This document shows, in pieces, positions 29,247 to 43,950 of a stretch of DNA of 64,000 bases. The position numbers were made by a program, and so were the translations under genes. The notes beneath the pieces were generated by a model. The model was not told where the DNA came from, made no database searches, and was given only the letters and a program-made list of their open reading frames with translations. The DNA is from the human T2T-CHM13v2.0 reference genome, Homo sapiens. Position 1 is the stretch's first letter. Every line of letters begins with the position of its first letter. The DNA lies in assembly GCF_009914755.1 (NCBI RefSeq), contig NC_060931.1, one strand, 5' to 3'.

Positions 29247-30253
29247 CTTTGTGGTTTTATCTACCTTTGGTCTTTGATGATGGTGCCATACAGATGAGGT
29301 TTTGGTGTGATGTCCTTTCTGTTTGTTAGTTTTCCTTCTAACAGTCAGGACCCTCAGCTGCAGGTCTGTTGGAGTTTGCTGGAGGTCCACTCCAGACCCC
29401 GTTTGCCTGGGTATCAGCAGCGGAGGCTGCAGAACAGCGAATATTGCTGAACAGCAAATGTTGCTGCCTAATCATTCCTCTGTAAGTTTCATCTCAGCTG
29501 GGTACCCGGCCGTGTGAGGTGTCAGTCTGCCCCTACTAGGGGGTGCCTCCCAGTTAAGCTACTCGGGGGTCAGGGACCCACTTGAGGAGGCAGTCTGTCT
29601 GTTCTCAGATCTCAAACTCCATGCTGGGAGAACCACTACTCTCTTCAAAGCTGTCAGACAGGGACATTTAAGTCTGCAGAGGTTTCTCCTTCCTTTTGTT
29701 TGGCTATGCCCTGCCCCCAGAGGTGGAATCTACAGAGGCAGGCAAGCCTCCTTGAGCTGCGGTGGGCTCCACCCAGTTCGAGCTTCTTGGCCGCTTTGTT
29801 TACCTACTCAAGCCTCAGCAACGGCAGGTGCCCCTCCCCTGCCTCACTGCCGCCTTGCAGTTCGATCTCAGGCTGCTGTGCTAGCAATGAGGGAGGCTCT
29901 GTGGGCATGGGACCCTCCAAGCCAGGCGGGGGATATAATCTCCTGGTGTGCCGTTTGCTAAGACCATTGGAAAAGTGCAGTATTACGGTGGGAGTGACCC
30001 AATTTTCCAGGTGCTGTCTGTCACAGCTTTGCTTGGCTAGGAAAGGAAATTCCCTGACCCCTTGTACTTCCCGGGTGAGGTGATGCCTTGCCCTGCTTCA
30101 GCTCATGCTTGGTGTGCTGCACCCACTGTCCTGCACACACTGTCTGACAAGCCCCAGTGAGATGAACCCAGTACCTCAGTTGGAAATGCAGAAATCACCC
30201 GTCTTCTGCGTCGCTCACGCTGGGAGCTGTACCTCTCTAACCTTTTAAAAATA

Positions 30254-30638
<385 letters not shown>

Positions 30639-30819
30639 TAGATTTAAATTCAGCCATAGCATCAGGCAATAGTGGTAGTGCTAATATTAGAACTTACATT
30701 AATTCTGTATCTACTTGTTATTATTCTTTCAGAGAAGACAATAGTGCTTCATAAAGATATAGTTGCAACCAGCTTTTATTGTAGTATTTATGTACCAAAG
30801 AAGTGTTGCCATATACACC

Positions 30820-31130
30820 AGTCAGGATAAAGGAGGTTACGCTGTAGTAAAACATTATTCATGAATTTCAGTGGTTTAATACAATAAAGCTTTATTACAT
30901 GGTTAAAGAAGCACAGAAGAGGCCCTGCTTCACAGTTGCCAAGGGTCCTGGTTAAGGGAGGAACTGACATCTCAACATGAGGTTCAGGGTTTGCTGCAGT
31001 ATCAGAAAAAGGAGAATGGAGAATTGCACAGGGTTTTATGTTTTTGTTTCTGTTTTTCTTAACCTCTGTATGGAAGTGACATGTTATTTTTACTCACATT
31101 TTTGTGATACATGTATCACTTGTATGGGAT
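30820..31130 (-). mobile_element. Old MLT1 (MaLR) LTR fragment
   Basis: agtcaggataaaggaggttacgctgtagtaaaaca...atttcagtggtttaatacaataaagctttatt. Confidence 0.5.
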
Positions 31131-31643
31131 CTGAGAGTACAGAAGTTGGAAAAGTGTATAAGTCAATTATCTGGATAAAAGACAATGGAACTGACTACTC
31201 AATTATATATATAATCCCACTTAGATGAAGATTTGTGCCTATCAATCCATCTTTCTTTACTTTGTTGATACATAATTAATAAATCATTTCATTACATACT
31301 CAAATGTAATAATTCCACTAATTCTGAGAACAAGGAAGAGAGACTTGCCCTTGTAACTGATGCCCCCAGCATGAAATATTCTTTAACAGCCACATCTAGA
31401 TTTATGATTCATTAAAAATCAATGATTTTAGTAACAGTCTTTTCAGAATGACTCTAAAATGATTTGCTTTCAAATATTAAGTCTAAGACTTAATGGTGGT
31501 GTTTTTTCCTGATTAGTCAATTTCTTCATTTAGTTTTTGCAGGGATTCTAAATCCCTAAACTATTTCAGTCTTTTATAAAACTTTTCCTTGTATTTTACT
31601 TCAAGTTGAAAAATAGTTATACCTACCCAAATAAAGTTTTAAA

Positions 31644-32246
31644 ATGTGGAAGACAGTGTGGCGATTCCTCAAGGATCTAGAACCAGAAATACCATTTGAT
31701 CCAGCAATCCCATTACTGGTTATATACCCAAAGGATTATAAATCATTCTACTATAAAGACACATGCAGACATATGTTTATTGTGGCACTGTTCACAATAG
31801 CAAAGACTTGGAACCAACCCAAATGCCATCAATGATAGACTGGATAAAGAAAATGTGGCACATATACACCATGGAATACTATGCAGCCATGAAAAAGGAT
31901 GAGTTCATGTTCTTTGCCGGGACATGGATGAAGCTGGAAGCCATCATTCTCAGCAAACTAACACAGGAACAGAAAACCAAACACTGCATGTTCTCACTTA
32001 TAAGTGGGAGTTGAATAATGAGATCACCTGGACAGAGAGGGGAACATCACACACTGGGGTGTGTTGGGGGGTCAGGGGGCTAGGGGAGGAATAGCTTTAG
32101 AAGAAATACCTGAAGTAGGTGATGGATTGATGGGTGCAGCAAACCACCATGGCACATGTGTACCTATGTAACAAACCTGCATGTTCTGTACATGTATCCC
32201 AGAACTTAAAGTATAATTAGAAAAATAAAAAATAAAAAGAAACAAA
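31644..32246 (+). mobile_element. 5'-truncated L1PA (L1PA7-like) 3' end
   Basis: ORF2 C-terminus [24 protein letters not shown], 3' UTR ggtgcagcaaaccaccatggcac and A-rich tail. Candidate TSD ataaagttt(t/a)aaa at 31631 and 32267. Confidence 0.92.
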
Positions 32247-32894
32247 CTGTTGATACACACACACACATAAAGTTTAAAAGTGTGTGTTTGTTGTTTCTTT
32301 TGCTCAACATTATGTATATGTAATTCCTATTGCTGTAACTGTAATTCATTCACTTATTGCTGTTCTACTGTATGAATATACCAGTATTTAATTATCTGTT
32401 CTACTTTTGATGGGCTATTGGGTATTTTCCAGTTTGGGGCAAAAAAAAATAGATTCCTTTTTGTGCTAAGAATTAAGTACTCAGAATTCAATAGCATCTT
32501 GAAAAGTAGAAAATGTATTGTTACCTGAAAAATGTCACCCACCTTTTAGAAGCAGAAGAAAGGAAGAAACTATCAATTATCACATAATGTTTGATACAGA
32601 AGACAATGAAATGTGTTTTTCAATAGTTTTTCTCTTACAAAGTATATAATCTGTGTCTCCTAATTAATAAAACAAGGGTAATCATGTTGTCACCTATTGT
32701 AGAGCATTAGACCAAGATTAACAAGGTAATATTGGTAAATTGCTTTGAGAATCTCAGATGAAGGGCATCAAGTAAGAAAGTGTTAGCTAAATAGTGATTA
32801 CAATATACTCACACACATGCAAACATATACACACATATATTTATGTGTGCGTATGTTTTATAATAAGTTTTACATGTCCCTGTGTTATCTGGAA

Positions 32895-33110
32895 ATGGGT
32901 TTCTCAACATCACCACTATTGACATTTTGGTTTAGACAGTTCTTTGTTGTGGATATTGTCCTGTGAACTGAAGGATGTTTAGCAGCATCCTTGGTCTCCA
33001 CCCACTAGATGCTAGTGGCGACCCTTCCTCCAGCTGTGATAATAAAAAATATCTTTAGACATTGCCAAATATTCCCCTGAGAGAAAAGTTATCTCTATCT
33101 AGAACCACTG
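32895..33110 (-). mobile_element. MER20 (hAT-Charlie)
   Basis: tttctcaac...actattgacattttgg...ggatgtttagcagcatccttggtctccacccactagatgc...agaaccactg. Confidence 0.8.
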
Positions 33111-33239
33111 ATTTAGAGGCTAAGACAGCAAGCATCAATATGAGGAAGTAAAAATATAAAAAAGAAAATTAATTGATTAGGCTAAAAGAAAGCCTTTAAA
33201 CTGAAAAGAGAAAAAAATGATGATTTTTAAAAGGGTTAG

Positions 33240-33425
33240 TTTATGCTCATTAACTGTGTGACCCTGGACAAATGATTTTCCCCTCCCAGAGCCTCAATTT
33301 CTCATGGGCAAGGTGAAGACAATTAGTTTTAGTTCATGTGTTTCATGCAAAGGTGAAACGAGGTAATATATATAAAGCCCTTTGCAAGTCATTCGGTCCA
33401 TAATAAGCACCCAATAAAATGGTAG
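33240..33425 (+). mobile_element. MIR
   Basis: ctgtgtgaccctggacaaatga...gagcctcaatttctcat...taataagcacccaataaa. Confidence 0.65.
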
Positions 33426-33766
33426 CTTTAAAAGAAAATGAGAAAAGAGACACATCTTTTGTTCTTTCCATTTATCTGCAACTTGGAGAATATTTGTATG
33501 AAGCCCCCAAGTCACCTTCAGACTCAGGAGACAGCACTGTGCATATGTTAATGTGTATAGAAATGAAATATGGGAACTACATCTGAGTCCATATGAATGC
33601 ATTCCCTCTAAACCAATAATTTAGTGAACTTCTCATTTGCTTGTAATGCCTATAGCGCTAAAAGACCATATTTTAAAACTATAGATATGGGGTTTTCTTT
33701 TTCCTTTTTTGAGATCTGTACTCCAGCTATGCTAACCAAGGATTTCAAAACAACACTGACAATACT

Positions 33767-34135
33767 TGATATGGTTTGGTTGTGTCCCTACCCAAATCTC
33801 ACATTGAATTGTAATCCCCATAATCCCCACATGTCTAGAGAGATACCTGGTGGAAGGTGATTGGATCATGGGGGTGGTTTTCCCCATGCTGTTCTTGTGA
33901 TAGTGAGTGAGTTCTCATTAGATCTGATTTAATTTGGATCTCATTAGATCTAATGAGATTTTAAATTTTTTTTATTAGGGGCTCTCCCCGCTTTTCTCTT
34001 CACTCCTCTCTCTGCTGCCACCATGTGAAGAAGGCCCTTGCTTCCCCTTCACCTTTTGCTATGATTGTAAGTTTCCTGAGGCCTCCCCAGCCATGTGGAA
34101 CTGTGAGTCAATTAAAGCTCTTTCTTTTATAAATT
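33767..34135 (+). mobile_element. THE1D-like (ERVL-MaLR) solo LTR, 3'-truncated
   Basis: TGATATGGTTTGG start and gtaagtttcctgaggcctccccagccatgtggaactgtgagtcaattaaa. Confidence 0.88.
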
Positions 34136-34539
34136 TAAAAAAATGATAGTTTAAGGGAGATGCTTCCTTTTGGAACTTGATAGGCTGACTCAAAAACTAT
34201 AATAGAGAATAAAAAAAACAAGAATAACAAATAATTTTGAACAAAATCAGAAATTTTGCTCTTTTGATTAGTTGTTATATTAACACTATAATACTGGTAT
34301 AGAAATAGACAAATAGAACAATGAAATATGATAGAGAACCTAGAAACCCAAATAAAAGAAATCCCTAAAATCTGTGAGGTCTGGGGTAAGTGTGCAAAAG
34401 TATGTGGTGGTGCAGGAAAAGCAGGTCTCTGACTACCACTCCTGAGAGACTTCACCCACCCTTGTTATCTTCCTATTCCCAAGTGTTTCGTGCACACATA
34501 TGTGTGGACGCCAGAGCTCTGGCCTATATAGCTAAGCTC

Positions 34540-34542
<3 letters not shown>

Positions 34543-34578
<36 letters not shown>
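34543..34578 (+). repeat. (AC)18 microsatellite
   Basis: Read directly from the sequence. Confidence 0.97.
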
Positions 34579-34584
<6 letters not shown>

Positions 34585-35309
34585 TCCAAAACAGCCTCCA
34601 CTTGGCCAGCCCTCATGCTTAGAAGTACGCCTATTAGTGGCATTGTCTTTCCTCCTCGGGGAAAACCGATTGTGCAGGTCTTATAAGTAAGCTCAGCGTT
34701 ATTTGGGTAGGAAATTCTAGCATCTAGGATATCATTAGGTAGGTTTAAAATTGAGGCATGGATTCTGAATGGAAATGTCCCTAGTCTTGCAGTCTCTTTT
34801 CACCATACAAAGAGATATGGCAGGAGGAAGAACTGATTAGACCCTTTGAAGTATGCATGCTAAGCCAGATGTTCCTCTTCTGGAAGCTATGGGTGGAATT
34901 GTACAAAATATATGAAGACCCTTTTCTATGACAGAGTCTTTCAAATCAGTGGGGGAAGACCAGAGTGTTCAACAAACAGTATTGGTATAACTGATTGTCC
35001 ATAAAGAAAAAATAAAATTATACCTTTTTCTGACAGCAGAACAAAATACATTCAAGCTATATTGAATATTCAAATATTAAAAGCAAAGTTGAAACCTTTT
35101 TTGAAAATATATAAGACAATAACTGATCTCAGGAAGAGTAATATGTTAGACAATAGGAGAAAATCAGACATCTCACAAAGATTATCACCACAGATTCATA
35201 ATTGACATTCTGTGGAGACATTTACAAGAATAATCTGTTATTTTGCATTCACTAGGATATAGTTTAGAACTTAATTCAAAGAGTTTTAAATTTGTTTCAA
35301 TGAACAATG

Positions 35310-35739
35310 TGTTCTGTGAAAGGGCCATGTCTGCAAAATGACCCCAAATACCAAGGAGCTGAGAAACCGAAGAACAAGGCAGACAAATCCAGTTTGTTGG
35401 CAAAGGGTATTTTATTGGGGAGAACTTGCAGACAGAAGCGTAGTCTTGGGTGACAGCAAGACACGTAGACTTTGACATTGTTACTCCCCAGACTCAGGGC
35501 TTACATACCATAGAAAAAGGATATATGTAGTATAAAGACAGTTAAAGGCAGCCTTCCAGAACAGGCAAGAATGCTATGTGGAATGTAGCCTATAACTTGT
35601 GCAATAACATCAAAGTTGACATGTTCTTACACTAGGGACAGCAAATAAAGTAAGAACCAGGAGGCATTCATGGGAATGGGGCTAATCAAAAATCTACATG
35701 GCAGAGAACATCCAAAATGGAGTCACTGTTGTCTCCACA
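35310..35739 (-). mobile_element. LTR47-like ERVL solo LTR
   Basis: Minus strand starts TGTGGAGACAACAGTGACTCCATTTTGGATG and ends ...CCTTTCACAGAACA, with a minus-strand AATAAA near 35411. Confidence 0.7.
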
Positions 35740-35760
35740 AATATAACTGTTGTAGCTACC

Positions 35761-36168
35761 TGGTATTGTTTGGATATTTGTCCCCTCCACATCTCATGTT
35801 GAAATTTGATTTCCGTATTCATAATGGGGTCTGGTGAGAGGTGATGGGTCATAGGAGCAAATCCTTCACTAATGGCTTAGTGTCATCCTAGCATCAGTGA
35901 ATCTCTCACTCTTAGTTGCCATGAGATCTGGCTGCTGGAAAAAAGCCTGGTGCCTCCTCTTCTCTCGTTCCTTCTCTCTTGCCATGTGATGCCAGCTCCC
36001 CTCTGCCTTCTGCCATGATTAAAAGTTTCCTGAGGCCCTCACCAGAAGGAGATGCTGGTACCATGCTTCCTGTATAGCCTGCAGAACTGCGAGCCAAATG
36101 AACCTCTTTTCTTGGTAAATTACCTAGTCTCAGGTATCCCTTTATAGCAATTCAAATGGACGAAGACA
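35761..36168 (+). mobile_element. MSTB-like MaLR solo LTR
   Basis: tttggatatttgtcccctccacatctcatgttgaaatttga...ttatagcaattcaaatggacgaagACA. 5-bp TSD ctacc/ttacc. Confidence 0.85.
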
Positions 36169-36324
36169 TTACCATACTTAGACAGGATTGACTGCGCCCA
36201 CCTCCCAAAATTTGGTTCAGATGTCAGTTTCGTGCACCAAAAATGTATGTAAAGTTTTATGATTCACATATTAAAGCTTTCTGAAGAGAGCATGCCAGGA
36301 ACATAAGTGGGTCCGAAAACTTAA

Positions 36325-37075
<751 letters not shown>

Positions 37076-37149
37076 TTAACTTTATTAAAACTTTATTTTA
37101 GAAAACTAGGACCAATAAGTCCAAGAAAGAGGATGTAGTCCACCCACAA

Positions 37150-38600
37150 GGATTATTCTTATAAGGAAATTTGGCATGTGAGAAATGTAGTTTTACAAAC
37201 CAATGGGAAAATACTAAATTTCTCAAATAATATTACTGAAGGAATAGATTTATTCATACTAAAAAAGTAAAAATATATTTCTATTGTCAGGATCTACAAA
37301 AATATATTTTAAATGGGTTAAAAGCAAATGTGAAAAGCAAAATTAAACATTCTAAAAGAGATCACAGAGAAAAATTACAATAGTGGAGTAGGGAAAGGTT
37401 TTTTTAAATAAGATACATATAGAATAAAACTTAAGGAAATGGGTTAATTTGATGAAATTAATAAGAATTTAAAGTTAATTTAATGAAAGTATAAAGCTAA
37501 AAACTTCAATTTGATAAAAAACAAATAAACAAATGGAAAAGACAGTAATTCACCAGGAGGAAATATATGCAACTCAGACAAGTGACAAAGGACTACAAAC
37601 AAGAATACATAAATTCTTCAGAGTAGTAAGTAGAAGCCAAACAACTCAATAGAAAAATAAACGGGAAAAACATATGAACAGGCAATTTATGGAAAAAGAA
37701 ATAAAAAACATTCATTCTTATTAATCATCAGGAAAATGCAAACTTAAACCACGAAGTGATACTTATCCATCCATCAAATTGCCCCAGATTATAAGAAAAG
37801 TAAGAATATCAACTGTTGCAAAGAATGAAGGTATATAGAAATTATCAGGAATTTTTGTGGGAGTGGAAATTGTCATAATTACTTTAGAGTGCTACTTGGC
37901 AATATATAGTAAAGTTGTGCACATAGCACTAGATGTCTGCTGTACAGAAATTCTCACACAGGTGCACAAGAATCACAAGACTTTTCATGGTAATATCATT
38001 TGCAATAAGGAACCACTGGAAATGATTTCAATGTCTATTAGTGTTAAGGTTTTGAAAGCATCCCCCAAAAAGCATGTGTTGGGAATTTAATCCCCTATAC
38101 AATGGTGTCCGGTGGTGGGGTCTAATGAGAGGTGATTGGGCCATGACAGCTCTGCCCTCATGAATGGCTTACTGCTGTTTTTTGGGAGTGAGTTTATTAT
38201 AAAAAGGTGAGTGTGGCTCCCCTTTTGTTCTCTCTCTCACCCTCTTGTCTTCTGCTATGAGATGACTCAGGAAGAAGACCCTCACTAGATGCCAGGCCCT
38301 CAATCTTGGACTTCCCAGACTTCTGAACCATGAGCCAATAAGTTTCTGTTATAAGTTACCAATCTCAGGTATCCTGTTATAGCAGCACAAAATTAAGTTA
38401 AAAATTAACCAATTTCAGGTATTCTGTTATAGCAGCACAAAATGGACTAAGACAGTGGGGCAAATGCAAATACTGCATAGCATACTCTTACAAAGACATT
38501 TTCTACATTTATTGTATATGAATGAAATACGTGTATTTTTCATGATGTATCTTGAATATATAATGTTAAGAGAAATACACAAGTTGGAACAAGTATATGA
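37150..38600 (+). mobile_element. Old L1ME-type ORF2/3' fragments, interrupted by an MST/MLT1A LTR
   Basis: Degenerate L1 3' motifs: aacaactcaatagaaaa, catatgaacaggcaattt, aatcatcaggaaaatgcaaa. Confidence 0.55.
38042..38454 (+). mobile_element. MSTC/MSTD/MLT1A-like MaLR solo LTR
   Basis: gagaggtgattgggccatga...ctctgccctcatgaatgg...gttatagcagcacaaaatggactaagACA. Confidence 0.8.
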
Positions 38601-39190
38601 ACATAAACAAATGACAAATCAATTTCAAATTATTTTTATGTAGTCATGATAATAGACACCTAAAATTTTTAATTGGCAAAGTTCTTATTAATCTTGTTTG
38701 ACTAAATATGGAAAAAGCAAAAAAGGATTATTAGATAATTTTGGATAACATATAACAATCTTTCACTAACTAAAATTAGTAAAATTTTACTTTTTGTGGA
38801 AACCTGCAAAAGTATGCAATAGATTAGTTTGGCAAAAACTGATAAAATGTAGAATTAAACTTTTATTTAATGTCTACCTCATGCTATTTCTTAAGTTTAT
38901 GAAGATTATATCTTCTGAAAAATTATTTATCATACAACATTTTACCTGAAGGCAATGATGCTGTTTTTCCATTTCTGTATCTCTTGTTCTTTGCTCAGTT
39001 TCTAGGGCAGAGTAATAATTTCAAAATTGCTGAATGAAAGAATGAGTAGTGCATCTTAGTCACTATCACACAAAAGGCCTAACAGCTAGCTGCTCTGCCC
39101 TGCAATGTTCTTGAACATAGTAACATTATTCCAATATTCTGAATTATTTAAGGTTTTTCACCAATCAGATAAGTTTTAAAAAATATTCTA

Positions 39191-39631
39191 CAGTTAAACC
39201 TTAAACAACATGAGGGTTAGATGTGCCAACCCTCTGGGTAGTCAAACCACATATAACTTTTGATTCCCCTGAAACTTAACCACAAATAGCCGACTGTTGA
39301 CCAGAAACCTTACCAATAACATAAAGAGTTAATTAACACATATTTTGTATATGTATTATGTACTGTAGTCTACAATAAAAGTAATCTAGAAAAAAGAAAA
39401 TGTTATTAAGAAAATCGTAAGAAAGAAAAATATAATTTGCATTCATTAAGAGGATGTGTTAATAGATCAGGATAAAGATCTTCATCCTCCTTGTCTTCAT
39501 GTTTCATAGGCTGAGGGACAGGAGGAAGAGAGGGGATTGGTCTTGCTGTCTCAGGGGTAGCAGAGGCAGAAGAACATCCAAGTGTAAGTGGACCTGTGCA
39601 GTTCAAACCTCTGTTGTTCTAAGGTAAACTG
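39191..39631 (-). mobile_element. Tigger2a (MER28)-like TcMar DNA transposon
   Basis: Terminal inverted repeats CAGTTAAACCTTAAACAAC and GTTGTTCTAAGGTAAACTG, TA at the left flank, and internal gcctctgctacccctgagacagcaagacc (minus strand). Confidence 0.85.
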
Positions 39632-39770
39632 CACTTGCTTTTAAATACAAACTTCTAAAACATTTCATAAGAATAACTACCTTTGCTTTCTGTAATTATT
39701 TATTTCTAAATATTAGATTAATATTATCTATGATTATAATTAAATATCTGCAATTAAATATAACATAAAA

Positions 39771-39997
39771 CAGTAGTCCTCAATTGCAGGTACTTTTGCC
39801 TCTAATGGGACATTTGGCAAGGTCCATAGCTATGTTTGGTTGTCACAACTCAAGGGAGGCTGCTATTGGCATCTAGTGGGTAGAGGCCAGGGCTGCTGCT
39901 GCTACATATCCTGCAATGCCTAGGATAGATTCCTCACACACAAAAAAAGACTTATCTGGACTAAAATGCCAATAATGCTAAAATGCCAAATAACCCT
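39771..39997 (+). mobile_element. MER20 (hAT-Charlie)
   Basis: cagtagtcctcaa...gggacatttggcaa...tttggttgtcacaact...ggcatctagtgggtagaggccaggg. Confidence 0.8.
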
Positions 39998-41897
39998 GAT
40001 TTATATTGAAGGGAGAGGAAAAATGAAACATGAACATTCAAAGACTAACTAGCAAGCTAGTTCTTCAAAGCGAACAAATACATAACAGAAATTAGAATTT
40101 CCTGAAATAAACTATTTCAGTGCATATTAAAAGCTTGTATGTTTTGTTTATTTTATTTACTTCTTTCCCTCAGTAAGAGTTGGTAGCAGTACCCCTGTTC
40201 TATTCACTAAACTTCAAAGGAATAGAAGTGGGGTAGAATCCTGCCTGAGGGCAAACACTTATCTATCTAGTGATTAGAAAGATGGAGTTTTTGCCCAGAA
40301 TAGGTGAAGATTAAAGGCAAGCCTAAAGAGTTTGAGTCAAAAGAGAGTTAAAATCTGAATTTCTTGATTCTGTGACCTATAAATACACTATGGAGCTAAA
40401 AAATGAAGTGTAAGTGAATAGTTACATTTGGAAATAATTGTCTACAGGAGACATAAGTTTTTATGAAAACATAGTAAGACCAGATCCTGTCTCCACAGAG
40501 TATATGAGAACTGTATATGTAATTTCCCCTCATTTATCTAAGCAATAGTGAAAACTAAGCATGCAAAGGCAGTGAATATAGCTTTCATAAATAGCATCAA
40601 ATGAACAGAGAAGGGAGATTTTTAAAAATGGAAGAATCATTTATAATCTCTTATATTCAATGGCAAGAGTTTAAGTGTATTAAAGGCCAAATAATATATT
40701 ACATTTGGCTGACTTTGTATATTTTTCCATAGCCTATGCAAATAATAACTGAAATTATGCTATTCTAATGTGTTGTGGCAATCTTAACTTAATCATAATA
40801 ATGAGGGCAAGAGGAAAATGTTGAAAACTTGTTTATCACTAACTCTCCTAACACTTAATCTGAACTAAACCAATTTTTCCACCTTAAACAAATTAGTGAG
40901 ACAAACAGCAAGCTCATCTCACTGTAGGAAGAAATGTAAAATGCTGTTTATGATTACTTTGAATAAAATATCCACATCCAAACTATATTAGTAAATCTAT
41001 ATAAATCCCCTAGAGCCATACCTGCTACACAATAAGCACTCAGTAAGTATGAGCTACTATTTTTATTAAGGCTATGTTCCAATATTGCTTTAAATCTAAT
41101 AAGTATCTTGTGACTAACCAAGTGAAGAAAGCATAAGTACATTCTTCTCAGTCCAGAAGACTTTATGTTGCTGATCGGGAACATCAGGGAAAAAATCTCA
41201 TTCAATGATAAGAGGAATATTTTTTTCTAAAATACCAATACCAGTTACAGCAATGCACGATGCACAATTGTCATTCTATGTGTCTAGTAAATGTTCTTCA
41301 AGTAACCCCTTTTCAAAGTCAGAAAAAGAATAAGTAATCTGAATAGGAACAGAAATATGAATAATAAAAATAAGTGACACATGCTTCTCACCACAAGAAC
41401 AGATGGGATGACAGGGCTTAGTCATGTTAAGACAAGTGAAAGGAGGCATGTACTAAGTATAGCAAATTGGTTGAACTCTATATGGAATCCCACAGAAAGA
41501 GTAACTCACACAGTTCAAAAGTATTTATTCTTCCAATGATAACATTAGTAACATAAAATAAGCATGATAACTATAAAAATAAAACTTCAGCATCTTATTA
41601 AAGGATATAAAATGAGACTTGAACAAATGTAGTACAAAAGAAAAATACATATTGAATATAACCACAAATAGTTGGTAGCAATAAATGCTTTGATCACAGT
41701 TGATTTTAATGAATAATATATACAACATATGTAACATACACAAAAACTATAATATACAAGTCACATTGTGTTAAAACTTATTAGAAATTTTTTCCAGTCT
41801 CAAAGTATATGGGGGCTGTTTTGAATGATCTTTTTGCCATTAAGCTCTAATTTCATCACATTGTGGTCAGAAGACATTGTCTAAAATTAATTTGTAA

Positions 41898-43640
<1,743 letters not shown>

Positions 43641-43789
43641 AAATTATCAGGAGGATTTTACAAAGGAGTTGAATCCTTAATCCTTCTCTTACATAAAATC
43701 AGTGATCCATGTAGGCAAAAACACATCTTATAAACAATAAAAAGATAGTACTATTTTAAAGTGAGTCCTAAAACTAAACACATGTATTA

Positions 43790-43950
43790 TATCTTGTAAT
43801 TCTAATGAGGTAGGCACTATTATTATGACATCTTACAGACAGTGCAACTGGGACTTCAAGAATTAAATTAAATACTGGGCCAAAGTTATGCAACTAGAAA
43901 ATGACAATATTCAAGCCCTGGTATTTTTAACTCCAGAGCAAGGCTCTTGG
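43790..43950 (-). mobile_element. MIR fragment
   Basis: tgaggtaggcactattattatgacatcttacaga...aactgggac. Confidence 0.55.
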
